Assembly (NCBI GenBank): GCA_905331295.1
Contig: CAJNYD010000113.1
Location: 62,001 to 100,756 of the forward strand
DNA length: 38,756 nt
Source of the DNA: Rotaria socialis
Taxonomy: Eukaryota
Reading direction: 5' to 3'
Made by a program: the position numbers and the translations under genes. The notes below the pieces were generated by a model. The model saw only the letters and a list, made by a program, of their open reading frames with translations. It was not told where the DNA came from and did not search any database. Position 1 is the stretch's first letter. Each line of letters opens with the position of its first letter. Positions 26,496-37,227 of the stretch are shown here, piece after piece.

Positions 26496-26974
26496 CCCAT
26501 CTCTGATGTGTACAGATTATCGATTGATTAAGTTTTACTGGCCAATTTTTATTCTCTGTTAAATAATAAACTTACAGAACATCAAAGAATCAAAGTGTGA
26601 TTTGGATAAAATATCGAAATACCGAAAAATAAAACAATCGCAGTGCAAGAATGTCGGCAATTGAATGTAGGTGAATATTAATAGGGAAACGACTCATCAT
26701 CCTAACTGTGGTGTTAACGAAGAACTGAAACACGAAGCCGATTTATTCGAGTGTGAGGTAAATTGGTAAAAAGATTGTTAGAGAACCATTAAATTGTATA
26801 CGTATATATACATAGCTATATCGTTTTTTGGCACACATTAGAAAATTTCCACCCTTTGTGCTCTCGATATTTTATTTTTTCGATATTTTACTACCTAATT
26901 TATAAGAACTTGTACGTTTCTAAGTAATGAATCAAAATCTGTTTTTGCTTTCCAATTGAATATCTTTACAGTAC

Positions 26975-27425
26975 ATACAATTTTAAATGAATTGAGGATA
27001 ATACTTCAAACGTGTGTTGACAGAGATGCATTTGAATTATTTCGATTTTCAATTATTTGTTTAACAAATACGAGAAGATTAGAAGGAAATAGGACTTGAC
27101 ACAAGCCCAAACGACGACGATGTTACGGATCACTGACAAAACCATCAACATCAATCCAACCATTTTTGAATGCTTCTTCTTTCGTTGTTCGAGGTTTGGG
27201 ACATGAACTTAATCATTGACAATACGCTTTTTGTTGATCAACTGTTTCAAAACACAGAGTACTATTAAAGATAAATAATTGAGCTAATTGTTCGTCTGAC
27301 AAGACGAAACGAGCAACTCTACCCGGGCAGTTGATTGACGGTGGTACTGTAAGAGTTGGAGTATTAACCAAAATTGATTGAATTTGTTTCAAACAAGGTA
27401 ATAATAACCGTAGTGTGGTAGTCGA
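26975..27425 (-). pseudogene. C-terminal remnant of a DUF3638/DUF3645-type giant protein
   Basis: One frame reads TLRLLLPCLKQ..EQLAQLFIFNSTLCFETVDQQKAYCQ*LSSCP..WIDVDGFV..FPSNLLVFVKQIIENRNN..STHV*SIIL, with 3 stops. It resembles the remembered family C-terminus QL.LF.G.LY....Y...C..L..DGF..F...P..F.K.....R..TH.G.IL. Confidence 0.6.
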
Positions 27426-27454
27426 TCACTTGTTCGATTTTTCCGTGTGGTAAT

Positions 27455-27532
27455 CACGCGGTGTGGGTGTGGGTGTAGGCGTTTTTCCTTCATCGACACC
27501 CAGGCCCAGGTCCACACCCACACCCACGTGTG
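27455..27532. repeat. Short foldback element with (TGTGGG)n/(CCCACA)n arms
   Basis: CACGCGGTGTGGGTGTGGGTG...CCACACCCACACCCACGTGTG with CAC..GTG ends, flanked by AAT on both sides. Confidence 0.55.
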
Positions 27533-27536
27533 AATT

Positions 27537-27805
27537 GTAGTGGATGTGCGCTCAGACAGCCTTCGGCCGCTTCGCTACCGATTACTTGAATGTTTGACAA
27601 TGCTGCAATCCTATTGGTCAGTTACATACACAGCCTGTAGCAAGCGAACGATTGATTTTTTCGGAAAAAAGTGGACGTCGACCTTCCCCAGGATCCAGAA
27701 AAGAATTGTGGAAAGTTTGGTGACGATAGCTACTACAGGGACTGAGTGAACCGCGAACAAACAAGCAAACAAACAGACATTCTTCTTTATATATATATAA
27801 ATAGA
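27537..27805 (-). mobile_element. Non-autonomous Helitron-like element
   Basis: Minus strand starts A|TCTATTTATATATATATAAAG followed by (GTTT)n. A GC-rich hairpin CGGTAGCGAAGCGGCCG lies near the 3' end. The 3' terminus is CTAC rather than canonical CTRR. Confidence 0.45.
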
Positions 27806-28990
27806 TTAAGATAATAGAATTTCATTCACGAATAAATAAATGGCATAAGAATTTAAAATTTACAAGATTAATGGAATTCGACGAAACACTTCCCTTTCTG
27901 GATGTACTAGTAGTGGCGTAACCAGGATTTGTCGGGTGGTTTGACTGAGCCCTAACGTTTTCTCGAAAAGCTATTTTTGGTGATGCATAACTGTTTTTGA
28001 AAAAAGCAAGGACGCGATAATGTATTCAGCTTCAAGCACATTCTTTTAAATAATGTTTCGTTTATTTATTACAAAGAAATAAAGAATCACAGCTTGTATC
28101 GCAAAATTTTACTGTAAAAGAATTCAACTATTTTTGTTAAGATCAGCAAAATTCTCCATTCTTTTTTCGAAATTAGTATGGAAATCGTGTTCTACCTGTA
28201 AAACGCGCAAATCATTCTACCAAGCATTCGACATTGTATTACGTGGGGTATTTTTTATCAGTTCATTTTACAAAATATTCTTTCGCAACTGTTAAACGAA
28301 ACAGGCATAGTCATAGCAGCAGTGAGAAGAAATATAACAGTTGGAAANTGGTGACGATAGCTACTACAGGGACTGAGTGAACCGCGAACAAACAAACAAA
28401 CAAACAAACAAACAAACAGACATTCTTCTTTATATATATATAAATAGATTAAGATAATAGAATTTCATTCACGAATAAATAAATGGCATAAGAATTTAAA
28501 ATTTACAGGATTAATGGAATTTGACGAAACACTTCCCTTTCTGGATGTACTAGTAGTGCCGTAACCAGGATTTGTCGGGTGGTTTGACTGAGCCCTAACG
28601 TTTTCTCGAAAAGCTATTTTTGGTGATGCATAACTGTTTTTGAAAAAAGCAAGGACGTGATAATGTATTCAGCTTCAATCACATTCTTTTAAATAATGTT
28701 TCGTTTATTTATTACAAAGAAATAAAGAATCACAGCTTGTATCGCAAAATTTCACTGTAAAAGAATTCAACTATTTTTGTACAGGTCAGCAAAATTCTCC
28801 ATTCTTTTTTCGACATTAGTATGGAAATCGTGTTCTACCTGTAAAACGCGCAAATCATTCTACCAAGCATTCGACATTGTATTACGTGCGGTATTTTTTA
28901 TCAGTTCATTTTACAAAATATTCTTTCGCAACTGTTAAACGAAACAGGCATAGTCATAGCAGCAGTGAGAAGAAATATAACAGTTGGAAA
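27718..28990. repeat. Tandem near-identical duplication (27718-28347 and 28349-28990) across an N; probable assembly or haplotype overlap
   Basis: The copies abut the single N at 28348 and differ by about a dozen substitutions and a 12-bp (CAAA)n length difference. Confidence 0.85.
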
Positions 28991-29860
28991 TGTTTATTTC
29001 AGTGACACTCAAGGACATAAAAATTTTCGAAAACGCATTTAAACGTGTTTTCAGTCAGACAAGCTTGGAAATGTATGCAAATGCACTAGCAAAAGACATA
29101 AACTGGTCGTCCTTTTCATAGTCGTTATCCGTGACGGGATCATAAGTAGGGTTCTCGAATACGAAGAAAATCGCCACCTTTTGTCTTTGTTTAATGCATT
29201 TACACGTGTTTTGGCTGAAAACGCGTTTAAACGCATAAGAGGGCAAAAATGGCCGTTTTCTGTTCACGGTTAGGATCCCCAATTGTCATACAAACACACC
29301 CAATTTTCTTGGATTTTTCGTCCTTTTTTTGTACATTTAAAAGTGGGTTTCCAAATTCTTGTCTGTTTGAGCAGTTATTCAGCATAGAGATGATTACTGC
29401 TGAACTTTGAATCTTTCAACATCTGCTTGAGAACTTAAATTTTATTGTATAATGAGGAGAAATTAGTTGTCATTTATAATGCAAAAGGCTTTAGTAGCAA
29501 ATTAAAAAGAGATCGAAGCGGATGCAATCGTGCAGTGTTTTATTGTGTCTAGCGTTAGAAAAAAAATCATTTTTTCTGAAAACGGTTGGTGGTTGGGCTC
29601 AGCTCAACCATGGCCTACCCTGATTACGCCACTATGTACTAGTCACAATTGATCATACTCATAACCAACTAACCACCTCACTCTACCGGAAACCAACACA
29701 TACAGGACTTTATCTACTTTGGGACAGTAGTCAGAGTCGAAGATACAAGATTAGTCTAATAAAAACATTGGTGATACGAATATATAGGATTTGCTCAACA
29801 AAAGAAATCATACAGAAAGAGATAAATCAACTAAAAGAAACACTAGAAAACAATGGATCT
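28451..29860 (+). mobile_element. Penelope-like retroelement RT C-terminal fragment, split by a hAT insertion
   Basis: 28451-28553 joined to 29643-29860 reads without stops: KIIEFHSRINKWHKNLKFT..ETLPFLDVLV-TIDHTHNQLTTSLYRKPTHTGLYLLWDSSQSRRYKISLIKTLVIRIYRICST..ETLENNG. These are the typical PLE motifs LPFLD and YRKPTHTG. Confidence 0.88.
28554..29634 (-). mobile_element. Internally deleted hAT element (1081 bp) with decayed transposase C-terminus
   Basis: TIRs TAGTG(G/C)CGTAACCAGG / CCTGATTACGCCACTA and perfect TSD TGTACTAG (28546-28553, 29635-29642). Minus strand ~28755-28995 reads TFPTVIFLLTAAMTMPVSFNSCERIFCKM/LIKNTARNTMS (hAT dimerisation domain). The left end is repeated at 27911. Confidence 0.88.
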
Positions 29861-30005
29861 AGGTTTCGATATAATACAGTCAGTATTGACATTATCTATT
29901 AATTTCGTTCTGATTATTTTGTTCTAAATCGTAACTTCTATTCGCCTATTCTGCAATCCGTTTTTTTTATTTAAAAACTCGACGCACAAATAAAACAAAA
30001 AAAAA

Positions 30006-31654
30006 TCATTTTCGATGTAAATAGATATTATCGTCTTCAAGTTCAATTGTATAATGCTGAATTAATTTCTTATGATTGTGTAATTTATTAACTAGTTCGT
30101 TGTTTATTGTTGTTGGCAAATGAAGACAAATTAATTGTAGGCACTGATGGCTATTTTGTAAAATATATTTGAAAAATGATTCATAATCAATCTTATTCGT
30201 TAAATCTATTTTGAGATATGTTAAACGAGGACAAATCTGCATAATAAAATCAATTTCTTCGATTGAATTCATATTTTCCAAATAAACTTTTGTAATTATA
30301 CTTTTAGTTGATGTGAAAGATAACAATTTTGATTCAGATAAAATAAAAGAAGAGATTCTTAATGAATCAAGTTCAGATAAATAATCTAAGATTTGAATTA
30401 ATGTATTTGAACACATGGTATGTTTTCTAATTTCCAAATGAAAAATTTGCGTCACCATTAAAATACCAAGAAAGATAAAGTCTAATACATCATCAAGCAC
30501 ATCTGTTATAATAAATCGAGTAAATTTTGAAAGTTCATTAGAAGATTTTTTATCATACCATCGATCCCTAGGGAAAAAAGGAAAGAAATTATTCATATTT
30601 CCTAGTTTTCAACTGACTTATATAAACCAATTGAATAGACAATATCAAATGAATTCATTTCAACATCCAATGCCCATTGGCGTTCAATCCAGAATAATGA
30701 AGTAAACGAATGTCGAGGTTCACAACATGCTAAAGAATCAGGTTCAGTGTCAATCTCTTGATAACAATTAAGATAAATTTTTTTTAATTCTGGTAAACAT
30801 TCTGAGATTAAACTTTCCCATCGATTATCATCAACATAGTGCGGATCATAAAATTGTATATAATCAATATGTAAAACTTTTAAATTACATTTAGTTTCTG
30901 TAATAAAAAACTTTAAGTCATGAAATGTTATTTCACATGATTTGATTGAAAGGTGGGTCAAATTGAATAAATTAATTGGTAATATTGTTTCACTTGAATA
31001 GTTATTCTCATCGAGCGAAGATATATGGAGATAACGAAGTTTAGGTGTATAAGATATGATTATAGAAAGTTGACTAAAAGTACAGTTATGATCAATAACA
31101 AGATGTTCAATAGTTGTTAATTGTTTTTTCGTAGCAACTGACAATAATTTAGATCTAATAGTACTATCTGATGAACATGAAACATATTTCAATTGTGGTA
31201 AAGTAAAAATTAATCGATAAATTTCATTTAAATTGCTTGATGGCGATTGTGTATCAATGTCAATGGTTAATGAACGAAGATGAGTTGAATAAGTTAAATC
31301 AGTAAGTATTGAAATAAGTATTTCTGACTGAATGCTACTTAGAGAGAGTGATTCAAGGCAGGTAAATAAATTAATTGGATATAACGAAAACAAATTATCC
31401 TCGCTTGAATATAATGTTACAGTCAACGAAAGAATTTGTTGTTTATTAATAAGTAAAAGTTGTTCATAGTCCTCCTCATCTGTTTTATTTAATGAAGGAA
31501 TGGTTATTTTAAAATGAAGGGCTGATCCATGAAGAAGTTGTTGAAATCGATAATTAAGATTTAAAAATGTTCTGTATATGTTACAACCATCAAGATAATC
31601 GAATATTTCATAGAACAACTCATTCGATAAATTTTCGATAGTAGTAATAAACAT
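30006..31654 (-). CDS. F-box/LRR-like protein of the expanded bdelloid-type family, two exons (532 aa)
   Basis: N-terminus MFITTIENLSNELFYEIFDYL..LNLNYRFQQLL and LxxLxL repeats. A 50-bp GT-AG intron (30568-30617) joins ORFs 30602-31654 and 30006-30596 in frame (GLYK-DRWYD). Confidence 0.85.
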
Positions 31655-33080
31655 GTTTCAATTTACAAATATCAAACTATGTTGTTTTTCTTTTAGTATA
31701 ACAATGTACTAAAACAAAAGCACACACACATATATATATATCTGTTATAATTCTTCTTCTATTTGCTTTTCCACGTGTGCAATGAATCATTGATTTTTTT
31801 TTTCATAGGCGAGAAATAAGTCTTATTGTACAAATGAAGTCATATGAAAATGTGAAAATAAAAGTAACAAACTAATTTTTTTCTTAAAGTAAAGCTTCAG
31901 TTATGAATTTACTAAAAAAATGGCTTGCATATTTAAAGTTAGTGGTAATCTAAATGATGAATTTTTAGAATATCTCAAATTTTTCAATATTTATGTTTTA
32001 TGAATAAACAGAGAATAAGTTTATAGAAAAGGAAAAATCGAAAATAAGGCAGTTGATACGAATGAAGGAAGAATCTTTTTGTTAATCAATACTAATCTAC
32101 TTTGCGATGATTTGAATTTGAAAAGAAGTTTCCCCTTGAAAAAGAAATACTGAACCGAAAATATAGAGATTATATAAGTACGATTAAAGTAAATAATATC
32201 ATGAATTATATTGATTCATACTTCCTACATTTCGAATGTTGATTTCGTTGTTGTACAAGAAAAGAAAAGATAATAGTCGTTTCGCTTTTTAGCATCAACA
32301 TGTTAGCATTTAGATTTATTTTTCCAACTTGATAAAACGTATATTTCACTGATAAATTTCTTTTTCATAATAAACATTTGAATCATCATCTAAAAGTATT
32401 CTACCTGGATATTCAAGAATTTAGATCCCAGTCTATTTCCAACAGCCCTTGTTTTACTACTTGTACTCCATGTAGCATTTTCACAAATTCCATCGGCAGG
32501 CTTCCTGGTTGTTTTTGTTGATATTGATGAACATATTGATTGTGCTGTCCTTCTCATTGGGGTGTGGGTGTGTGATTGTAGAACAATACATACCAACAAA
32601 ACATCCACACACACACAACTATCTGAAATTCTTCTGAACGATCAATAAATTTAGATAATTGGAAAGTTTATTGTATGATTGACATTAATTCTTTGAGATT
32701 GAAATATGTTTTCAATGAAAATGCCATTATTCAATAGCTTATTTTGTATTCGATTCAAAATTATAACATAAAATCTTTGATGATAATATACATAAAATGA
32801 AAGATAGAGAAGGAACATATAGAAGAGAGAACAACTGAAAATAATCTAGACGTGTAACCCATATTGAATGACAGTTTTGTTTGATTAATTCAGTTAAAAG
32901 ATTCTTCTCAAATAGGATATGATAGAACGTTTCATATTGTATAATAATTTATAAATCTACTATATCTATATGATCTTTTAATTCTATTTGCTCCTGATTT
33001 GTTTGTTTATTATTATCGTCGCATTATATTTGGTTTTGAAAATTATGCGGAAAGAATAGACAATTTAGGTTTCACAAAAA

Positions 33081-34600
33081 ATGCAGTCTGTTCTAAAAAT
33101 GAATACTCGCCGTGCATTATCATCGTTCGGGCCATTTTATCAATCGTGAACTACTGATGTATGTATTTTATTTTTATTCTGATATCTATTTACCGATAAA
33201 TTTTAGCTGAAGGCACCTTGGTAAACAGCTTATGGTGGCAAATATACTGTAACATTAATACATGGTGATGGTGTAGGACTCGAACTTATGCAACATGTTA
33301 AAACTTCTATTCGGTAAGAAGTGTATTCTGCTCATTCTATTTAATGGTTGCACTAGATGTGTTCGCGCACCAGTTGGCTTCGAAGATATTCCTTTATCAA
33401 GTAATGTAGCTAATGACGAAATGTTTGAGAGAGATGTTATGACTGTTAAGCGTAATGTAATAGCACTCAAAAGTTGGTTTTTTGAAAATTCAATTATTGA
33501 AATATATTCAACTCAACTAGGTAATATTGCATCACAAAATACAACATACTCTCAATGTTCTTTTACGGTAAGTTCGATGATTTATTTTGTTTACAACAGC
33601 AAGATTCATATTTTAGTACTTGTCATGATTTATTTGCTAATGTAATTCGTTTTAAATCAAATACTATTGTACCTATACACCATTCAAACATTGATATTCT
33701 CGTTATTCGTGAAAATACAGAAGGTGAATATAGAGTTCACTTGAACACGAGGTAAATATTCGTATTCAATATATTTCAATTCTATTTGACTTTTTATTTT
33801 TAGTCAGTTTCTGGAGTGACAGAGAGTCTGAAACGTGAATTTTAATATTTATTTTAAGTATGAATTTCATCGTTGTTTTCTTTATAGTTATAACATGAGC
33901 AAAATCTCTTAAAATTGTTCGTGTTACTTTAGAAATTTCAAAGCATGCAGAATGAAAGAAAGTAACCGCTGTTCATAAAGCAAATATAATGCAAATACAA
34001 TATAATTATTTTTTTCAAATATTTTATTATTAATTTTGTATATCATAGGAAACTGATTGATGGTTTATTTATTGATTGTTGTCGTGAAATAGCTGCTGAA
34101 TATCCTGATATTAAATTTGATATAATGATTATTAATAATACATGTATGCAATTAGTTAATCGACCAACACAATGTGATGTTATGGTTATGCCGAATTTAT
34201 ATGGAAATATGGTATCAAATGTAGGTGCTGGTCTTGTCGCTGGTTCAAAATATGGAGAACATTATGCTATTTTTCAATAAGGTACAATAAATACTAGTTG
34301 AGGTATTGCAGGAAAATATATTGCAAATCCATCTGGTATTCTTTTTACTGTTGCTAATATGCTGAAATATTTAGGGTGACTAATGAAAATCTTTGTCAAA
34401 TGCTATGTAGAAAAGAACATATTTTTCGATTGGATCAACATTGTGCAACTATAAGAAATGCTGTTTTATATACTATTCAAGAACATAAAATAAAAACTGC
34501 AGATATTGGTAGTACATCAACAACGACACAATTTATTGACTGTGCATTAAATGGCATTGTTAAGATGGCATCACAGATTGTTTTCAATTATGAAATGTAA
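33081..34600 (+). pseudogene. IDH3G: NAD-dependent isocitrate dehydrogenase subunit gamma, intron-containing pseudogene
   Basis: [38 protein letters not shown] (frameshift) [32 protein letters not shown]. In-frame stops at ~34278 and ~34299. Confidence 0.87.
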
Positions 34601-34699
34601 AAACCGAACCTTGCACTTAGATATAAAAGTATTGATTAAAACTTTATTCCTTCTGTTCATTTTGTTTTGCTGCTTTGGCCTTGTCGTAATTTTATAGTA

Positions 34700-35516
34700 C
34701 CAATATATACCAAGGAATTGAAGTTAAACAAGACGCAAATCAATCTGATCGTATTGATTTTGGTACGGTTCAAATCTATTCTCAGTTTTTGAATTCTTAA
34801 TACTTTTAATTATTTAGGGAGCGGAAATTGATTGGTCTGATATTCATACAGTACCAGAATTACTTGATCGAGCTCTTTCATCAAATGGTGATAATCCAAT
34901 TTCAAAAATTAAATTCCTGATGTTCTTAGAAAAGCTGCTCTAAATGAATTAACAGCCAAGTATTTTGTCTTTGATTTTTTCAAATTAGTTGATGATGGTA
35001 TTGCTCGTGGTAATGATGCATTAACATCATTTGAAAATCGTTCACAATATCCATTATTTATTCATTAACTTTATTGAGTTTGTTCAATTTATCTTTAAAA
35101 CAGTGCATAAATTCTTTTTTTTTAAAGATTCAATCATTCATGAAACAACGTCTTAATGAAATATCGTGTTAACGAAACTATTCTTGTGACATTTATTATG
35201 CAAAATGCTCCAGCGCATCAAGACAAAAAATAAATGAAAATGGTAAGAAAATAGTTTAAAACAATAACATTATGATCTTTATTATTTTTCATTTAAGATT
35301 TAAAAAAACTTTTAAAAAATAGTGATTCAATATTTACATCAATTAGTAATCGACAATTAGATCGTTTATTTTCAATGCATGATTCATATAAACGTGTTGA
35401 TCGTCTTATAAATTGTTTTCCACAAAAGAAAACCCCTATAAACGTAATCGTTTACAACAAAATGAATTAGAAGATACAGCATTTAATTCTTTAAAAGAAG
35501 AACAACAATTAAAATA
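34700..35516 (+). pseudogene. Decayed multi-exon gene of unrecognised product
   Basis: Coding-like segments separated by short intron-like gaps (GAEIDWSDIHTVPELLDRALSSNGDN; LVDDGIARGNDALTSFENR; DLKKLLKNSDSIFTSISNRQLDRLF), with stops and frameshifts. Confidence 0.45.
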
Positions 35517-36111
35517 AAAATTATATTTATTTATTTCATATATTAAACAACTTACAGAACAGGTTAGATGCATTTTTTAAATTGATTATCGAATTTTATG
35601 AAACTTTTTTCAGGTAGCAAAATAAATTTCGGTGAAAAAATGTCAAAATCAACGTAACAATATTATGGGCAAAATCAATACATTATAAAGAATTTTTATT
35701 TATTTTTCTTTTAAAAACTGGGCAACGCATATTGACGAGGGATTGATTTTATCATTGTGCACTGATGAATAAAGCAGATTCATTATTAAAAATGTCATCG
35801 CAAATAGATGTTCGATCAAAGCGAGCTTAGAGCTGCTTGAGTCTATTTCAAAAGATTGTTTTTCCTTAATTGAATCTAATTCATATTAAACTGCAAATAT
35901 ACTAGTTTGAGATTGTATCTCATGAAAATAGAACGTTAGAAAAAAGGAAACTTCGCCCATTCATCATTGTTTCGCTTCCATGGTAACAATTGTATTTTAA
36001 ATATATATTGCCATTTTTTATATGTACCGTTAATCAAGATTCGTCCATCAATGAATTATAAAAAAGAGAGCATAGTTATAAAAATGCAGACATAATCGTG
36101 AATACGAATAT

Positions 36112-36504
36112 ATGGCATTGATTACACGCTTTGATGATCTACTCGATTTAGTATTGATCAAGTTGTTCTCATATCTATCGTCTATCGACATTCTTTGGGT
36201 ATTTACTGATCTTAATCATCGTCTAACAATGTTAATAATTGAACATGAATTCTTTTATCATATTAACTTATCACTTGCACATTATCATCAATTTAATAGA
36301 ATTCTTCGTTTTCTTCCATTGAATGATATTCAATCACTTTCAATTGAGAGTGATGCATCTCCGTTTCAATTAACTCGTTGGTGTTATTTATCTCATTTGA
36401 AAACTCTGCATATCATTGGTGTATGCAATCGTGACGATCTTTTGCTCTTTCTTTTGGTTCATGCAACCACACTCACTCATTCATCTCATTATCAAATCAA
36501 ATGA
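36112..36504 (+). pseudogene. Truncated F-box/LRR-like gene
   Basis: MALITRFDDLLDLVLIKLFSYLSSIDILWVFTDLNHRL is the same family N-terminus. An apparent TCAT duplication at ~36477-36484 shifts the frame to an early stop. Confidence 0.65.
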
Positions 36505-36815
36505 AAGACTGGTCTACGTCAGTGTCGAGGATTGTTTTTTAAACATGCAAAGCCTTACAAAGGAAGGATATTGTTGAAGCAAATTTTGAAAATGCTGAAG
36601 GATTGTTCTGTTCAATTGATTCTTTATATCTTGAGTCGAGATAAAAAGAAAATTCTAGTAAGAATTACGTGGCTATTAATGGATTGTGTCAAAGATAAAC
36701 TTTTATTAAAATATTTCGATCGGAATAAAACTGGAATAGAATACGTTGAAGATATCATGAAAGATAAGTTGATTGCTCTTTTAGTTATCCGTAAAAGTGA
36801 AATCATTTTTCAAAA

Positions 36816-37227
36816 AGGGTGTGGCTGTGGTCTGAGTATAGGTTATATCTTCATCGACATATATGCACTTTGTCACAACAAAATCCACTCACACGTACAC
36901 CCAGTGGCGTAGCCAGGATCTTTTTAGCATTGGGCCATTTCCCAGCGGAGCTCCTTTGAGGATTGGGCAGCCATGGGCACTTCAAAGTTTCATTCGACTA
37001 TGTTTCATTTGCTGGCCCAATACACGTTTTAGACGCAAGAGCATACCTGACCTCAAAACTCAGGAAGGGTAAAACGTTTTTCATTCAGTGAAGTAAAAAA
37101 AATTACTGTATTAATTTATATCCACATTCGTGAGCAATGGACGATTACTATCATTCTAAAAAAGCATTGGGCAATTGCCCAATGGCCCCCTGGCTACGCC
37201 ACTGCGCACACCCCACGCCCACACCCT
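36816..37227. repeat. Second TGTGGG-type foldback element, interrupted by a hAT MITE
   Basis: Ends AGGGTGTGG / CCACACCCT; shares the internal CTTCATCGACA with the 27455 element. Confidence 0.5.
36902..37204. mobile_element. hAT-type MITE (303 bp)
   Basis: Perfect 16-bp TIR CAGTGGCGTAGCCAGG / CCTGGCTACGCCACTG; 8-bp TSD CGTACACC / CGCACACC (1 mismatch); internal palindrome TTGGGCAATTGCCCAA. Confidence 0.88.

Larger units (their letters stand above)
22937..26505 (-). mobile_element. Complete, probably autonomous hAT DNA transposon (3569 bp)
   Basis: Perfect 17-bp TIRs CAGAGATGGGCAAGTCA (22937-22953 / 26489-26505), perfect 8-bp TSD ATGTGTAC (22929-22936, 26506-26513), intact transposase ORF and (TCAAG)n subterminal arrays. 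Confidence 0.97.

Noticed and set aside
29030..29240. Imperfect inverted repeats inside the deleted hAT element
   Set aside because: Too degenerate to define a separate nested element; no TSD seen.
27911..29634. A 1.7-kb hAT element with two left ends
   Set aside because: The extra left end comes from the duplication across the N; the real element is about 1.08 kb.
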